NCBI GenBank assembly: GCA_965198025.1
Contig: OZ240237.1
Span: forward strand, 473,038-537,037
Length of the DNA: 64,000 nt
DNA from: Terriglobia bacterium
Lineage (GTDB): Bacteria; Acidobacteriota; Terriglobia; 2-12-FULL-54-10
Direction: 5' to 3'
Position numbers and translations under genes: made by a program. The notes under the pieces are model-generated. The model searched no databases, was not told the origin of the DNA, and saw nothing but the letters and a program-made list of their open reading frames with translations. How positions within the stretch are numbered: the first letter of the stretch is position 1; each line of letters opens with the position of its first letter. This document shows, one piece after another, positions 19,754-29,525 of this stretch.

Positions 19754-20758
19754 CTATGCCGTTTTTGTCCACCCTTCGATGAAACGGCGGGCGTCGTCGA
19801 TGGCCGGTTCGGAGCACGGCACGTATGGAATCGAAAGGCGCGTCACGCCAGCTTCAGCGATGGGGCCCAGCCGGTCGCGCACTTCCTCGACCGACGTCGC
19901 CGGAATCACTGGCAGCTTGTCCATGTACTCGTCCGTGAGCGCCTGCACTGCGGCCTTGAAGCCGTTGGCGCGAAACGCTTCCTGGATCGCCGTTACCTCC
20001 GGCTCGAACCCGCAATCCTTGAGCATCGTGCTGTAGTGATCGGCGATGTTGTAAAAGGTCAGCACCTGTCGCAGCCTCTTGCGGGCCACCGCGCGGTCCG
20101 GGTGCACCGAGACGCGCACCTTGGCCATGATCTCGACTCTGTCCGGGCCGCGCCCCGCGTCGGTAGCTCCCTGGCGCACACGCTCTGCGATCTCGCGAAT
20201 CTTCGATGGAATCCCCATGTTGATGCAGACGCCCTCGGCGATCTCCCCGACCAGGTGGGTCATCTTCGGCCCCAGGCCGGCCAGAAACACCGTCAGCGCG
20301 GAATGGCGGGGCTTCCAGGATAGCTGGAAGCGCTTGCCGGTGGAGTACGTTTCGCCTTCGTACTCCACGCGCTCACCGGAGGCGACCTTGCGTACGATCT
20401 CGACGTACTCCCGGATGCGTCGCAGCGGGCGGTCAAACACGCCGCCGTGCCACGCTGCAATGGTCTTGTTCGCGACGCCGAGGCCCAGCATCAAGCGGCC
20501 GTTCGAGAGGTCTTGCAGCGTCGCCGCCTGAATCCCCATTGTGACCGGGCTGCGGCCGTATATATGGTAGATGGCGCTGCCGACTTTCAGGGTCTTCGTT
20601 CGCGCAGCCATGCCGGAGATCACTACAAGCGGGTCGGTGCTGTTCGATTCGCCTTTCCAGAACGTCCCGAATCCGGCGTCTTCGACGAGCGGGGCAAGCT
20701 CCAGCAGCCCGTCGGCGGGATAGTGCGCGACGGAGTTGAGCTCAATGTCGTAAACCAC
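19754..20758 (-). CDS. LLM-class (luciferase-like) flavin/F420-dependent oxidoreductase
   Basis: 334 aa. Resembles luciferase-like monooxygenase fold sequences (GLGVANKTIAAWHGG..., C-terminal region). Confidence 0.65.
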   Translation of the reverse strand: MVYDIELNSVAHYPADGLLELAPLVEDAGFGTFWKGESNSTDPLVVISGMAARTKTLKVGSAIYHIYGRSPVTMGIQAATLQDLSNGRLMLGLGVANKTIAAWHGGVFDRPLRRIREYVEIVRKVASGERVEYEGETYSTGKRFQLSWKPRHSALTVFLAGLGPKMTHLVGEIAEGVCINMGIPSKIREIAERVRQGATDAGRGPDRVEIMAKVRVSVHPDRAVARKRLRQVLTFYNIADHYSTMLKDCGFEPEVTAIQEAFRANGFKAAVQALTDEYMDKLPVIPATSVEEVRDRLGPIAEAGVTRLSIPYVPCSEPAIDDARRFIEGWTKTA

Positions 20759-20811
20759 GGTTGCCTCCAGATCCTAGCGGGTCGCGGCCCGTGCCACGAA
20801 AAGAGGAAAGC

Positions 20812-21573
20812 TTATCGCAAATAGACGCCGCGCGGGTCAATTTCCTCGCGCAATAGACGCAATTCTTCCGCCGTGGGCAGCGGCGTTTCGGGTGCCGGGG
20901 ACGGCGTCCGCAACGGGAAGCCCGTGTGCTCCTGCACCGCTTGGACACTGATTCCCGGATGGATCGAGAGCAGCGCGGCCTGGCGCGTCTCCGGATCGAA
21001 CCCCAGCACCGCCATGTCCGTGATCACGCGGTGCGGCCCGCCGCCGCGCAGCCCGAGCGCTCCCCGCGTACCGCCGCCGGCGAATCCGGGACTCGTAAGG
21101 TGCGCCACTGTCGCGGGCAGTTTCCGCTTTTCATGCCGCAGAATCACGATTACGCGCTTCGCCAGCGACGCCACGTCATTCCCACCGGCGCTGCCGTTGA
21201 AATAACGCACCTTGCCGGAGCTGTCCTGGAGTAGCGTTGTGTTGATGTTGCCGTAGCGGTCGAGTTCGAGCGCTCCCAGGAACCCCACGTCCACTACGCC
21301 GCGGTGCAGATTCATCCCCAGCACGTCTAGAAACCCGCTCCAGCATGTGCCGCCGTGAAAGATGCGCGAATCGGCCAGTCCCACCGGCGTGTCGATGGGG
21401 TTCATGTTGACGACGCCGATTTCGAGCAGCGACGTCAGCCCCGGCGCATGGGTTCGCTTCGCCAGTACGCTGGCCACCTGTGGCAATCCGAGACCTACAA
21501 CGACCGTCTCGCCGTCTCGCAGCTCTCTCGCTCCGGCCACGGCCATGATCTCGGTTGTGCGAGCTGGCTCCAT
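20812..21573 (-). CDS. CoA-transferase subunit B (3-oxoacid/glutaconate CoA-transferase family)
   Basis: Conserved GG...LELDRYGNIN and SSGK motifs of CoA-transferase beta subunits. Adjacent to the subunit A gene. Confidence 0.75.
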   Translation of the reverse strand: MEPARTTEIMAVAGARELRDGETVVVGLGLPQVASVLAKRTHAPGLTSLLEIGVVNMNPIDTPVGLADSRIFHGGTCWSGFLDVLGMNLHRGVVDVGFLGALELDRYGNINTTLLQDSSGKVRYFNGSAGGNDVASLAKRVIVILRHEKRKLPATVAHLTSPGFAGGGTRGALGLRGGGPHRVITDMAVLGFDPETRQAALLSIHPGISVQAVQEHTGFPLRTPSPAPETPLPTAEELRLLREEIDPRGVYLR

Positions 21574-21713
21574 CGATTCGCCTGTAGTCTCCTGGGAACT
21601 AATCCTTCATGCCGTCTTCTCTGCAATCGGCTTCCGCGCCAATGTCAGAGGATTAACGAACAGGATGCGTGTCGTTGCCAACAGACCGAAACAGTTCCTG
21701 GATAACTGTCTGA

Positions 21714-22619
21714 TCAGTACCCCAACCTCGGGTCGGCCTTCAATTCGTCCAGCTTCGCTTGTCCCCCGACCTTCCCCAAGTACTCGCCGTGATTCTGCGT
21801 GTCCAGGATAAACTTCTGGATGTAATCTCCGATCCGCTTCGGATCGCGCGCGTGCTCGACGTAGAGCTGCAGGTGCTCGGCGTCATAGTCGTAGCAGGAA
21901 TAGACGGCTGTCGGATGCGCCCCGAACGGCTGATGGATCACGGCCTCCACGCGGTGCGCCGGTATGATGGTACGCGTGGGATGCTGCCGCATCAGGTCCG
22001 TCGAAACAATCTCCTCGGCAATCAGGATCACTCGCCGTCCCGCTTTAGCCTGCTCTTCGTTCTCCCAGCGCGGCCCGTGGATGTGGCAATTGCCTTGCTC
22101 GTCAGCCGCCTGCACGTGCACCAGCGAGACATCCGGCTCGATGGCCCGCAGGAGCAGGTATTCCTCACCCGTGAACGGACAATTCATGCGCCGTACTGTG
22201 TCCGCTCCCGGCCCGCGCTCGAGGCGCTCAAGCACCTCGGAAGAGAGCAGCGATTTGATTGGGATGAAGGAAAGCCCCAGCGCCCCGGCGAGGTACATAA
22301 AACAGATCGAGAGGCTGCTGTAGTCCAGCGAAACCACTTGCCTGTTCTCGCGTGCGCGGTTCACGCAGTTGACGAGCCCGAAACGGTCGAGTGAACCTCC
22401 ACCGACCATCAGGCGGCTTACGAGTCCGGCGCCCACGAGCAGGTCCGTGTCCATCCCCATCACGCATTGCGACAGCGTGAGATCTATTTTCTGCTGCCGA
22501 ATCAGCTCGTGCACGACCGTGATGACGTTGCGAGCGATCGCAAACCCACCCAAGGCGATGTGTGAGCCGTCCGGAATACTCCGCACGACTTCGGCGGCGG
22601 TCTTGAGCTTGCTGGGCAT
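21714..22619 (-). CDS. CoA-transferase subunit A
   Basis: N-terminal AVRSIPDGSHIALGGF motif of CoA-transferase alpha subunits. Confidence 0.75.
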   Translation of the reverse strand: MPSKLKTAAEVVRSIPDGSHIALGGFAIARNVITVVHELIRQQKIDLTLSQCVMGMDTDLLVGAGLVSRLMVGGGSLDRFGLVNCVNRARENRQVVSLDYSSLSICFMYLAGALGLSFIPIKSLLSSEVLERLERGPGADTVRRMNCPFTGEEYLLLRAIEPDVSLVHVQAADEQGNCHIHGPRWENEEQAKAGRRVILIAEEIVSTDLMRQHPTRTIIPAHRVEAVIHQPFGAHPTAVYSCYDYDAEHLQLYVEHARDPKRIGDYIQKFILDTQNHGEYLGKVGGQAKLDELKADPRLGY

Positions 22620-22658
22620 GAGGTATGGAGAATTTTCCCTGCCGGCCTGCGGCCGGCG

Positions 22659-22790
22659 CTACCGCGCCCGCCGCACCTTATGAACACGATGCGCACGCAG
22701 TTTCGTCTTCTTCCGCTTCGGCTTCGAAATGACAAACGTTCCCGAGCCCAAGTTGCGCGAGCTCCAATCCTTCTTGTTTCCTTCCGCCAT
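22659..22790 (-). CDS. small highly basic protein (43 aa), hypothetical
   Basis: Manual translation of the minus strand: MAEGNKKDWSSRNLGSGTFVISKPKRKKTKLRAHRVHKVRRAR. A strong SD (GGGAGGTG) lies 5 nt upstream of the ATG. The ORF sits in the 180-bp gap between cmk and the CoA-transferase A gene. It is below the ORF-track length cutoff. Confidence 0.35.
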   Translation of the reverse strand: MAEGNKKDWSSRNLGSGTFVISKPKRKKTKLRAHRVHKVRRAR

Positions 22791-22805
22791 ACGTTCACCT
22801 CCCTT

Positions 22806-23561
22806 CTAACTTCTGATTCCCAACTTCTCCTGCACCAGCGCCAGGAGCCGCTCCACCACTTCGTCAATCGCCATCCGGCTCGTGTCAATGTAAATCGAAT
22901 CGGGGGCTGGGACAAGGGGCGAGAGATCGCGCTCACGGTCCCGCCGGTCGCGTTCGGCCATTGCCTGTAGGATGCGCACGGGACTAGTCTCGCTCGAATC
23001 GCCCAAGTCGTGAACGCGACGCTCGCTGCGGACTTCCGGTGATGCGTCGAGAAATATCTTCAAGTCAGCATCGGAAAACACTTTGGTTCCGATGTCGCGT
23101 CCTTCCATGACCATGCCTCCGCCGAGCCCGAGCGCCCGCTGCTGTGCCACCAGCTGCTGCCGCACCGCGGCGTGCACCGAAACCAGGGAAGAAGCGTCGG
23201 TTACTACCGGTGAGCGGATCGCCTCTGTCACATCCCGCTCTCCCAGCAGTAGTCGGTTGCCTGATGCCTCAGCAACAAACCGAATGCCGGCCTCCGTCGC
23301 GAGATGTCCGAGCGCCTCCCCATCGTTCAGATCCATTCCGCGTTCGAGCGCCAGCAACGCCACCGCCCGGTACATCGCTCCCGACTCGACAAAGGAATAC
23401 CCGAGCTGCGCTGCGAGCCTCTGCGCCACCGTACTCTTGCCGCTTCCTGAGGGTCCGTCAATGGCGATCACCAACCGTCTCTGCAAAGCAAACCTCAAAT
23501 CCCGTTCGCCGAAACCAGTCACCGCAACTTCCGAAATCCAATTGCAAGGAACCGCCGCCAA
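22806..23561 (-). CDS. cmk: cytidylate kinase
   Basis: P-loop IAIDGPSGSGKST and overall CMP kinase pattern. Confidence 0.85.
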   Translation of the reverse strand: MAAVPCNWISEVAVTGFGERDLRFALQRRLVIAIDGPSGSGKSTVAQRLAAQLGYSFVESGAMYRAVALLALERGMDLNDGEALGHLATEAGIRFVAEASGNRLLLGERDVTEAIRSPVVTDASSLVSVHAAVRQQLVAQQRALGLGGGMVMEGRDIGTKVFSDADLKIFLDASPEVRSERRVHDLGDSSETSPVRILQAMAERDRRDRERDLSPLVPAPDSIYIDTSRMAIDEVVERLLALVQEKLGIRS

Positions 23562-23567
23562 CGCGGA

Positions 23568-25457
23568 TCAGGTGCGATGAAAGGCTTTCAGGATTTCCCG
23601 CATCCCATATTTGAGCAAAACGGGCCGGCCGTGCGGGCAGCTCATGGGCAGGCGCGTCGCGGCCAGCTCCGCGAGCAGCCATTCCATCTTGCTCTGCTCG
23701 AGCGGCGTGTTGATCTTGATCGCCGCGTGGCACGCCACCGACGCCGCGATCTTTTCGCGCACTCGCTCGGAGGAAATCGCGCGGGACTCCTTTTCGAGCG
23801 CCTCAACAATCTCCGTAAGAAGTTTCTCAAGGTCTTCGGCCTGCACGCCTGCCGGCACGGCCTTCACCGCTACCGTTCCCTGGCCAAAAGGTTCCGCCTC
23901 AAATCCCGACGCTGCGAATTCCTCGGCGATCCGCCCCCACAGCGTTTGCTGCCCAGGGCTGAGACGAAGAATGTACGGCATCAAAAGCCGCTGTGTCTCG
24001 ATGGATCCCTGCTCTCGCTTTGCCAGGAGCCGCTCGAAAAGAACACGTTCGTGCGCGACGTGTTGGTCGATCAGCCACAGGCCCGACGGGCTCGCTGCCA
24101 CAATGAAGCTGTCGCGAATCTGCCCCAGCGGCTGCAACCGCGCGAGCTCTGTGGCGGCGTCTGGTTGGGACTCGGCTGGGGACGAACCGGGGGCGGGAGC
24201 CCCGGCCCGGGCGGCATCCTCCGTAGTGATTCCGAGGGCAGAGTTCATACCGAGCGGCATTGCCTGGGGTGGCAGCGGCCGCTCCGTGAGCTGAAATTCC
24301 TCTGCCGCAGAGATGGACGGCACAGCAGCCGCGGAGGTCTTGCGGGAGGCATCCAATGGAATCTCGGGCGCGACGGTGGTTCCGGCGGGAAACGTTGAGA
24401 CGGGTTTTGAAACCGCCAATGCATTCCGCAGCGTGTCCCGCACGAAGTCGTGGACAAATGACTGATGCCGGAACCGCACCTCGGTCTTGGCTGGGTGCAC
24501 GTTCACGTCCACTTCCGTATGCGGCATCTCGAGAAACAGCATTGCTACGGGAAAGCAATGCGGCGGCAAAACGTTGCGGTAGGCTTCTTGTATGGCGTGC
24601 AGCAGAACGCGATCCCGAATGTGCCGCCGGTTGACGAACAAGTAGAGTGAATTGCGATTGAGCTTCTGTACCTGCGGCCGCGAGAGAAATCCGGAAAACG
24701 AAACGGCAACAGAGGAAGGGGTATCACCCTCTCCCCCCTTCCCGGCATCAGGCGGCGGCGCGGAAAGTTCCGCCGTGCGCGGCTCGAACTCTACCAGATC
24801 CTCGAGCAGTTCTCCGCCGAACAACTGATACACGCGCTCGCGCAGCGCGGGAGCCGGGCTGACGCGGATCAATTCCCCGGTTTGCGATTCGAGATGAAAG
24901 GACTTTTCCGGAAACGCCAGCGCGTAATGCGTAATCAAGGTCGTGATGTGCGACAGCTCGGTGGCCTCCGCGCGAAGAAATTTGCGGCGCGCCGGAACGT
25001 TGTAAAAGAGCCCTTCGACGGTGATGGCTGTGCCGCCCGGAAGCCCGGGCTCCTGCACGTTCAGGAGTTTTCCTCCCGCAAACTCGATCCGCGTCCCGGA
25101 CGGTTCCTCCACGCTGCGTGTCTCCAGCGTCAGGCGCGAAACGGCCGCAATGGATGGCAACGCCTCGCCGCGGAAACCCATCGTGGCGATGGAGAGCAGG
25201 TCGTCGACTGAGCGAAGCTTGCTCGTCGCGTGCCGCTCAAACGCCAGCAGCGCGTCATCGCGGCCCATACCGCAGCCATCATCCACGATGTGGATGCGCT
25301 TCTTCCCGCCGGCTTCGATCTCCACGCGGATGCGCCCGGCTCCGGCATCGATCGAATTCTCAATCAGTTCCTTCACGACCGATGCGGGACGCTCCACAAC
25401 CTCCCCAGCGGCGATCTTGTTGGCAACAGGTTCGGGGAGAATTCGGATTCGGCCCAT
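23568..25457 (-). CDS. mutL: DNA mismatch repair protein MutL
   Basis: N-terminal GHKL ATPase motifs (IRILPEPVANKIAAGEVVERPASVVKELIENSIDAG). C-terminal dimerisation domain. Confidence 0.9.
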   Translation of the reverse strand: MGRIRILPEPVANKIAAGEVVERPASVVKELIENSIDAGAGRIRVEIEAGGKKRIHIVDDGCGMGRDDALLAFERHATSKLRSVDDLLSIATMGFRGEALPSIAAVSRLTLETRSVEEPSGTRIEFAGGKLLNVQEPGLPGGTAITVEGLFYNVPARRKFLRAEATELSHITTLITHYALAFPEKSFHLESQTGELIRVSPAPALRERVYQLFGGELLEDLVEFEPRTAELSAPPPDAGKGGEGDTPSSVAVSFSGFLSRPQVQKLNRNSLYLFVNRRHIRDRVLLHAIQEAYRNVLPPHCFPVAMLFLEMPHTEVDVNVHPAKTEVRFRHQSFVHDFVRDTLRNALAVSKPVSTFPAGTTVAPEIPLDASRKTSAAAVPSISAAEEFQLTERPLPPQAMPLGMNSALGITTEDAARAGAPAPGSSPAESQPDAATELARLQPLGQIRDSFIVAASPSGLWLIDQHVAHERVLFERLLAKREQGSIETQRLLMPYILRLSPGQQTLWGRIAEEFAASGFEAEPFGQGTVAVKAVPAGVQAEDLEKLLTEIVEALEKESRAISSERVREKIAASVACHAAIKINTPLEQSKMEWLLAELAATRLPMSCPHGRPVLLKYGMREILKAFHRT

Positions 25458-25510
25458 GGCAAAACACTGAGTAGTGACTAGTGAGTAGTGAGTTCACGAA
25501 TTACGAACCA

Positions 25511-27427
25511 CTAATCACTGTCTTTCAGTTCGAGACCCAGCTCGCGGAGCTGCGCCCGGGAAACCGGTGCGGGCGCTTCACACATCAGGTCCACGGCGCG
25601 GGCAGTCTTGGGGAACGCGATCACTTCGCGGATGGAGCTCTCCATCGCCAGGATCGCCACGATGCGGTCGAGACCGAGAGCGATGCCGCCGTGTGGGGGC
25701 GTGCCGTACTCGAGCGCGTCCAGGAAAAAGCCGAAGCGCTGCCGTGCTTGTTCCTCGGTCATGCCAAGTGCCCGGAAGACACGCTTCTGAATGTCCGGCC
25801 GGTGGATACGGATCGAGCCGCCGCCGATCTCCGTGCCGTTCAAAACCAGGTCATATGCCTTGGCTTTGACCGCCGAAGGATCGCTGTCCAGATGGTCGAG
25901 CGTTGCTTCCTGCGGCGACGTGAATGGGTGGTGCATCGCCACATAGCGCTTGTCCTGCGCGTCGTATTCGAACATCGGGAAATCGGTGACCCAGAGAAAT
26001 GTCTTCCGCTGCCAGTCGTATTCGGTCGTGAGTGCGGCCAGTTGGTTGCGGAGGATCGCGAAGCAGCGGTTCGGCAAGTAGCGGTCACGCAACGGCGTCT
26101 GGCCGCGGATGGCCCCGAGAAACAGCACGTCCTTCTCCTGCGCGGCAAGCCGTTCCTGCAAAGCGTGCGTCAAGTCTTCGTTTCGCAGCAGGACTTTCTT
26201 TCCACCCACCAGGCAATAGTCTATGAACAAAGCGGGCTTGCCTAGCTCTGCCTGCAGTGTTTTGAGTTCCGGAAGCGAATTGTGAGCTCTCTCGCTCACA
26301 CTGGCGACGAGCCGGTCAATCGCAGTCCGTGACAGTGGCTCTTTGCTCAGTAGCTGCTGCTGAGAAAACTTGAACCCGACGATCGGCGGGCGAATCCCGA
26401 ATTCCTGCGCCAGCGCCTCGGACACTCTGGAATCGAGCGAAGCAATCTTTGCCTCGTAGCGCAGGTCCGGCGCGTCGGTTCCGTACTGCGACATTGCCTC
26501 CTCATAGGTCAGGCGCGGGAAAGCCTGCCCGCTAATCGCAATGGGCTGATAGGGAGGATCGAGTTCCCTCTTTCTCCCTTCGAGTTCCCAATGCCGGTTC
26601 GCGACGTTGCAAACCGAGCGCATCAGAGGCTCGATCAGTTCGAAGATCATTTCCGGTTGTGCGAACGACATCTCGACGTCGAGCTGCGTAAATTCCGGCT
26701 GTCGGTCGGCGCGCAGGTCTTCGTCGCGGAAGCAGCGGACGATCTGGAAATACTTGTCGAAGCCCGAGATCATCAGGATCTGCTTGAACAACTGCGGCGA
26801 CTGAGGCAGCGCGTAGAAGGAGCCTTGCTGCACGCGGCTGGGGACCAGGTAATCGCGTGCTCCTTCAGGAGTCGAGCGGGTGAGAAAGGGCGTCTCGATT
26901 TCCAGGAATCCCTGCTCGCTCATATAGCGTCGGATATCGAGAGCCGACTTGTGCCGCAGGACAAGGTTCGACTGCATCTCGGGCCGGCGCAGGTCGAGGT
27001 AACGGCGTGTGAGCCGCGTTTCTTCCGATGTGGCTATGTTGTCTTCAAGCGGAAACGGCGGTGTGCGGGCGTCGTTCAGGACGTGGAGACACTTCGCCCG
27101 CAGCTCGACTTCCCCCGTCGGAATCCCCTTGTTGACGGTTTCCGCATCCCGCTGGACCAGTTCTCCCTCGATGGCCACGACATACTCCGAGCGCAGCTCC
27201 TGGGCCCGCCCGTGCACCTGCGGGACTGTCTCCAGGTTGAAGACGACTTGCAAGACACCGCTGCGGTCGCGCAGGTCGAAGAAGATCAGGCTCCCCAGGT
27301 CGCGGCGGCGGCTGATCCAACCCATCACCACGGCGGACGTCCCGGCGTGTTCCGGCCGGAACTCGCCGCATCCGCGCGTCCGCCGCAAGTGGGATGGAAG
27401 GTGGTCTAATGTCATCGCGTTGTGCAT
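25511..27427 (-). CDS. aspS: aspartate--tRNA ligase
   Basis: 638 aa. N-terminal OB anticodon-binding domain, class II motifs (FRDEDLRADRQPEFTQLD, GGGSIRIH). Confidence 0.9.
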   Translation of the reverse strand: MHNAMTLDHLPSHLRRTRGCGEFRPEHAGTSAVVMGWISRRRDLGSLIFFDLRDRSGVLQVVFNLETVPQVHGRAQELRSEYVVAIEGELVQRDAETVNKGIPTGEVELRAKCLHVLNDARTPPFPLEDNIATSEETRLTRRYLDLRRPEMQSNLVLRHKSALDIRRYMSEQGFLEIETPFLTRSTPEGARDYLVPSRVQQGSFYALPQSPQLFKQILMISGFDKYFQIVRCFRDEDLRADRQPEFTQLDVEMSFAQPEMIFELIEPLMRSVCNVANRHWELEGRKRELDPPYQPIAISGQAFPRLTYEEAMSQYGTDAPDLRYEAKIASLDSRVSEALAQEFGIRPPIVGFKFSQQQLLSKEPLSRTAIDRLVASVSERAHNSLPELKTLQAELGKPALFIDYCLVGGKKVLLRNEDLTHALQERLAAQEKDVLFLGAIRGQTPLRDRYLPNRCFAILRNQLAALTTEYDWQRKTFLWVTDFPMFEYDAQDKRYVAMHHPFTSPQEATLDHLDSDPSAVKAKAYDLVLNGTEIGGGSIRIHRPDIQKRVFRALGMTEEQARQRFGFFLDALEYGTPPHGGIALGLDRIVAILAMESSIREVIAFPKTARAVDLMCEAPAPVSRAQLRELGLELKDSD

Positions 27428-27441
27428 TCCTTGTTAGAGGC

Positions 27442-28735
27442 TTATCCTGCAAACTGCTCGAACAGTTCTTCCTTCGTGACGGGCTTCTGCATGCCATGCG
27501 CCATGTCGCGCAAGAGATATTTCCCTTCAGCCAGCTCCTGGTCGCCAATCAACAAAACGTGACGCACACCCAGCCGCGAGGCAAGTTCCAGAGCCTTCTT
27601 GAGCTTCGCCGCATCGGCCAGCATCTCCACGGCGATGTTCCCGGCTCGCAGCTCGCGCGCGAGTCCGGCTGCGCAACGGTAAGCGTTTTCTCCGAGCCAG
27701 ATGATGAAGAGCGGCGAATCCTCTGCGCTCGACCCGGATTCTGCGAGCTTCGAAAGCACCAGCGCGAAGCGGTCTTCTCCAATCGAAAAGCCGATCCCCG
27801 GCGCCGCCGGCCCCCCAAGCATCTCGGAGAGCCCGTCGTATCGCCCACCCCCCAGCAGCGAGTCCTGCGCCCCCAACGCGCCATGCACGATCTCGAACGT
27901 CGTCCGCGTATAGTAATCGAGGCCCCGAACCAGTCGAGGGCGAACCGTAAAGGGAATCTCTCGGTTACGCAAATAGCCGTGCAAGGTATCGAAATGTTCT
28001 CTACATTCGCTGCACAGCAAATCCAGGATCGTTGGTAACTTGTCAATGACGGGCTGATCCTCGGGTGCCTTGCAATCGAGCACGCGCAGCGGATTCGTCC
28101 TGCTGCGCCGTTGGCAGTCGCCGCAAAGCTGCTCGCGGACTTTGCTCAGCTCGCCGCGTAGAGCATCGAGATACTGCGGCCGGCAATTCGAGCAGCCCAC
28201 GGAATTGAGAAATACGGTGAAGCCCGTTAGTCCCAAGCGCCCGAGCAGCTCGATCAACAGTTCCAGGATTTCGGCGTCCACCGCGGGGCTTTCCGAGCCG
28301 ATGGCTTCCGCTCCGATCTGATAGAACTGCCGGTAGCGTCCTTTCTGCGGGCGCTCCCGCCGGAACATCGGACCGATGTAGTAGAACTTCTTGATGCCCG
28401 GTCGCTCCCACATGCGGTGCTCGATGTAGGACCGCACCACCGACGCCGTCGCCTCCGGGCGCAGCGTGAGCGACTGCCCGTCGCGATCCTCGAAGCGGTA
28501 CATCTCTTTCGTGACGATATCGGTCTCCTGCCCGACGCCGCGCGCGAACAACTCTGTGCCCGACGCCGCGCGCGAACAACTCTGTCGGCTCAACGAGTGG
28601 TGTGCGAATTTCCTGATAGTTGTACGCGGTGAAGACTTCTCGCGAAACTCTCTCGATACGGTTCCACAGTACGGACTCCGGCGGCAGGATGTCGCGCATC
28701 CCTTTTACGGTTCGCAATGTTTCTTTGCGTGTCAT
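27442..28735 (-). pseudogene. hisS: histidine--tRNA ligase, reading frame broken by a 28-bp tandem duplication (28531..28586)
   Basis: The N-terminal 60 aa ([18 protein letters not shown]...[12 protein letters not shown]) are in ORF 28043..28735. The rest of HisRS ([35 protein letters not shown]...) is in ORF 27442..28593. The peptide TELFARGVG is encoded twice by a direct 28-nt repeat (28 is not divisible by 3). Confidence 0.8.
28531..28586. repeat. 28-bp perfect-but-one tandem direct duplication (cccgacgccgcgcgcgaacaactctgtg x2) inside hisS
   Basis: Read directly: 28531-28558 and 28559-28586 differ only at the last base. Confidence 0.85.
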
Positions 28736-28774
28736 TCAAAGTATCGGACCGTGACCGGAACGCGGCTACGGACG

Positions 28775-28810
28775 GACAACAAAAAACCCGCCGATCTGGC
28801 TTCCGGCGGG
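28775..28810 (-). terminator. rho-independent terminator candidate (minus strand): GC hairpin cccgccg...cggcggg followed by TTTTTTGTTG
   Basis: The stem arms are reverse-complementary with an 10-nt loop. The U-tract reads as A-tract 28781-28786 on the plus strand. Lies downstream of the gamma-CA-like gene and upstream of hisS. Confidence 0.5.
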
Positions 28811-28989
28811 CCGTCTGGCTGCTAATTCTGTGTTCCAATCCGTTAGCAGGGACGGCTCCGCAGGGACCCGTTATAGTTCCGATGATCGTCCCCGAAATTG
28901 CGCCGTCTCTCGTTCATTGTCCTGCCCCACAGTAAACAGTGCATTATAGCACGCCCGCTCCCGTAGCAGCGAAAACTTGTCCGCGGCCC

Positions 28990-29508
28990 CTACGCGTCCC
29001 GCTCAGCGAGGTACTGATCCTTGATTTTCTTGTACGCAGCGATATTGCGGTCAATGCGCTCGTAATCGGCTTCGTTCAGCTTGCGCGTCACCTTGCCGGG
29101 AAAGCCCATGAAGAGGCTGCCCGGAGGGATCACGGTGCGTTCCGGTACCAGCGCCCCGGCGGCCACCATGGAGCCGGACCCGATCTGCACTCCGTTCAGC
29201 ACGATCGCACCCATGCCGATCAGACAGCGCGACTCGATCCGGCAGCCGTGCAGAATCACGCTGTGCCCCACGCCGACGTTGTCTCCGACAATCGTCGGGT
29301 AAAGATCGGTCTCGACGTGCACCACGCAGTTGTCCTGAATGTTGACGTTCGCGCCGACGCGAATGTAGTGCATGTCGCCGCGCAGCACTGCCAGGGGCCA
29401 GACGCTCGAATGCTCGCCGATCACCACGTCGCCGATGACCTGCGCGGTCTCGTCAATGTATGCGGTCGTCGCGATCTGCGGAACCGCGTCTCCAAACCGA
29501 TGAACCAT
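28990..29508 (-). CDS. gamma-class carbonic anhydrase / hexapeptide-repeat (LbH) family protein
   Basis: YIDETAQVIGDVVIGEHSSVWPLAVLRGD...IRVGANVNIQDNCVVH hexapeptide repeats typical of the YrdA/PaaY-like gamma-CA family. Confidence 0.75.
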   Translation of the reverse strand: MVHRFGDAVPQIATTAYIDETAQVIGDVVIGEHSSVWPLAVLRGDMHYIRVGANVNIQDNCVVHVETDLYPTIVGDNVGVGHSVILHGCRIESRCLIGMGAIVLNGVQIGSGSMVAAGALVPERTVIPPGSLFMGFPGKVTRKLNEADYERIDRNIAAYKKIKDQYLAERDA

Positions 29509-29525
29509 TGCCTAACACCCGGTAT

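Noticed and set aside
27394-28038. Plus-strand ORFs across the hisS/aspS region
   Set aside because: They lie antisense to aminoacyl-tRNA synthetase genes with clear homology. No independent support.
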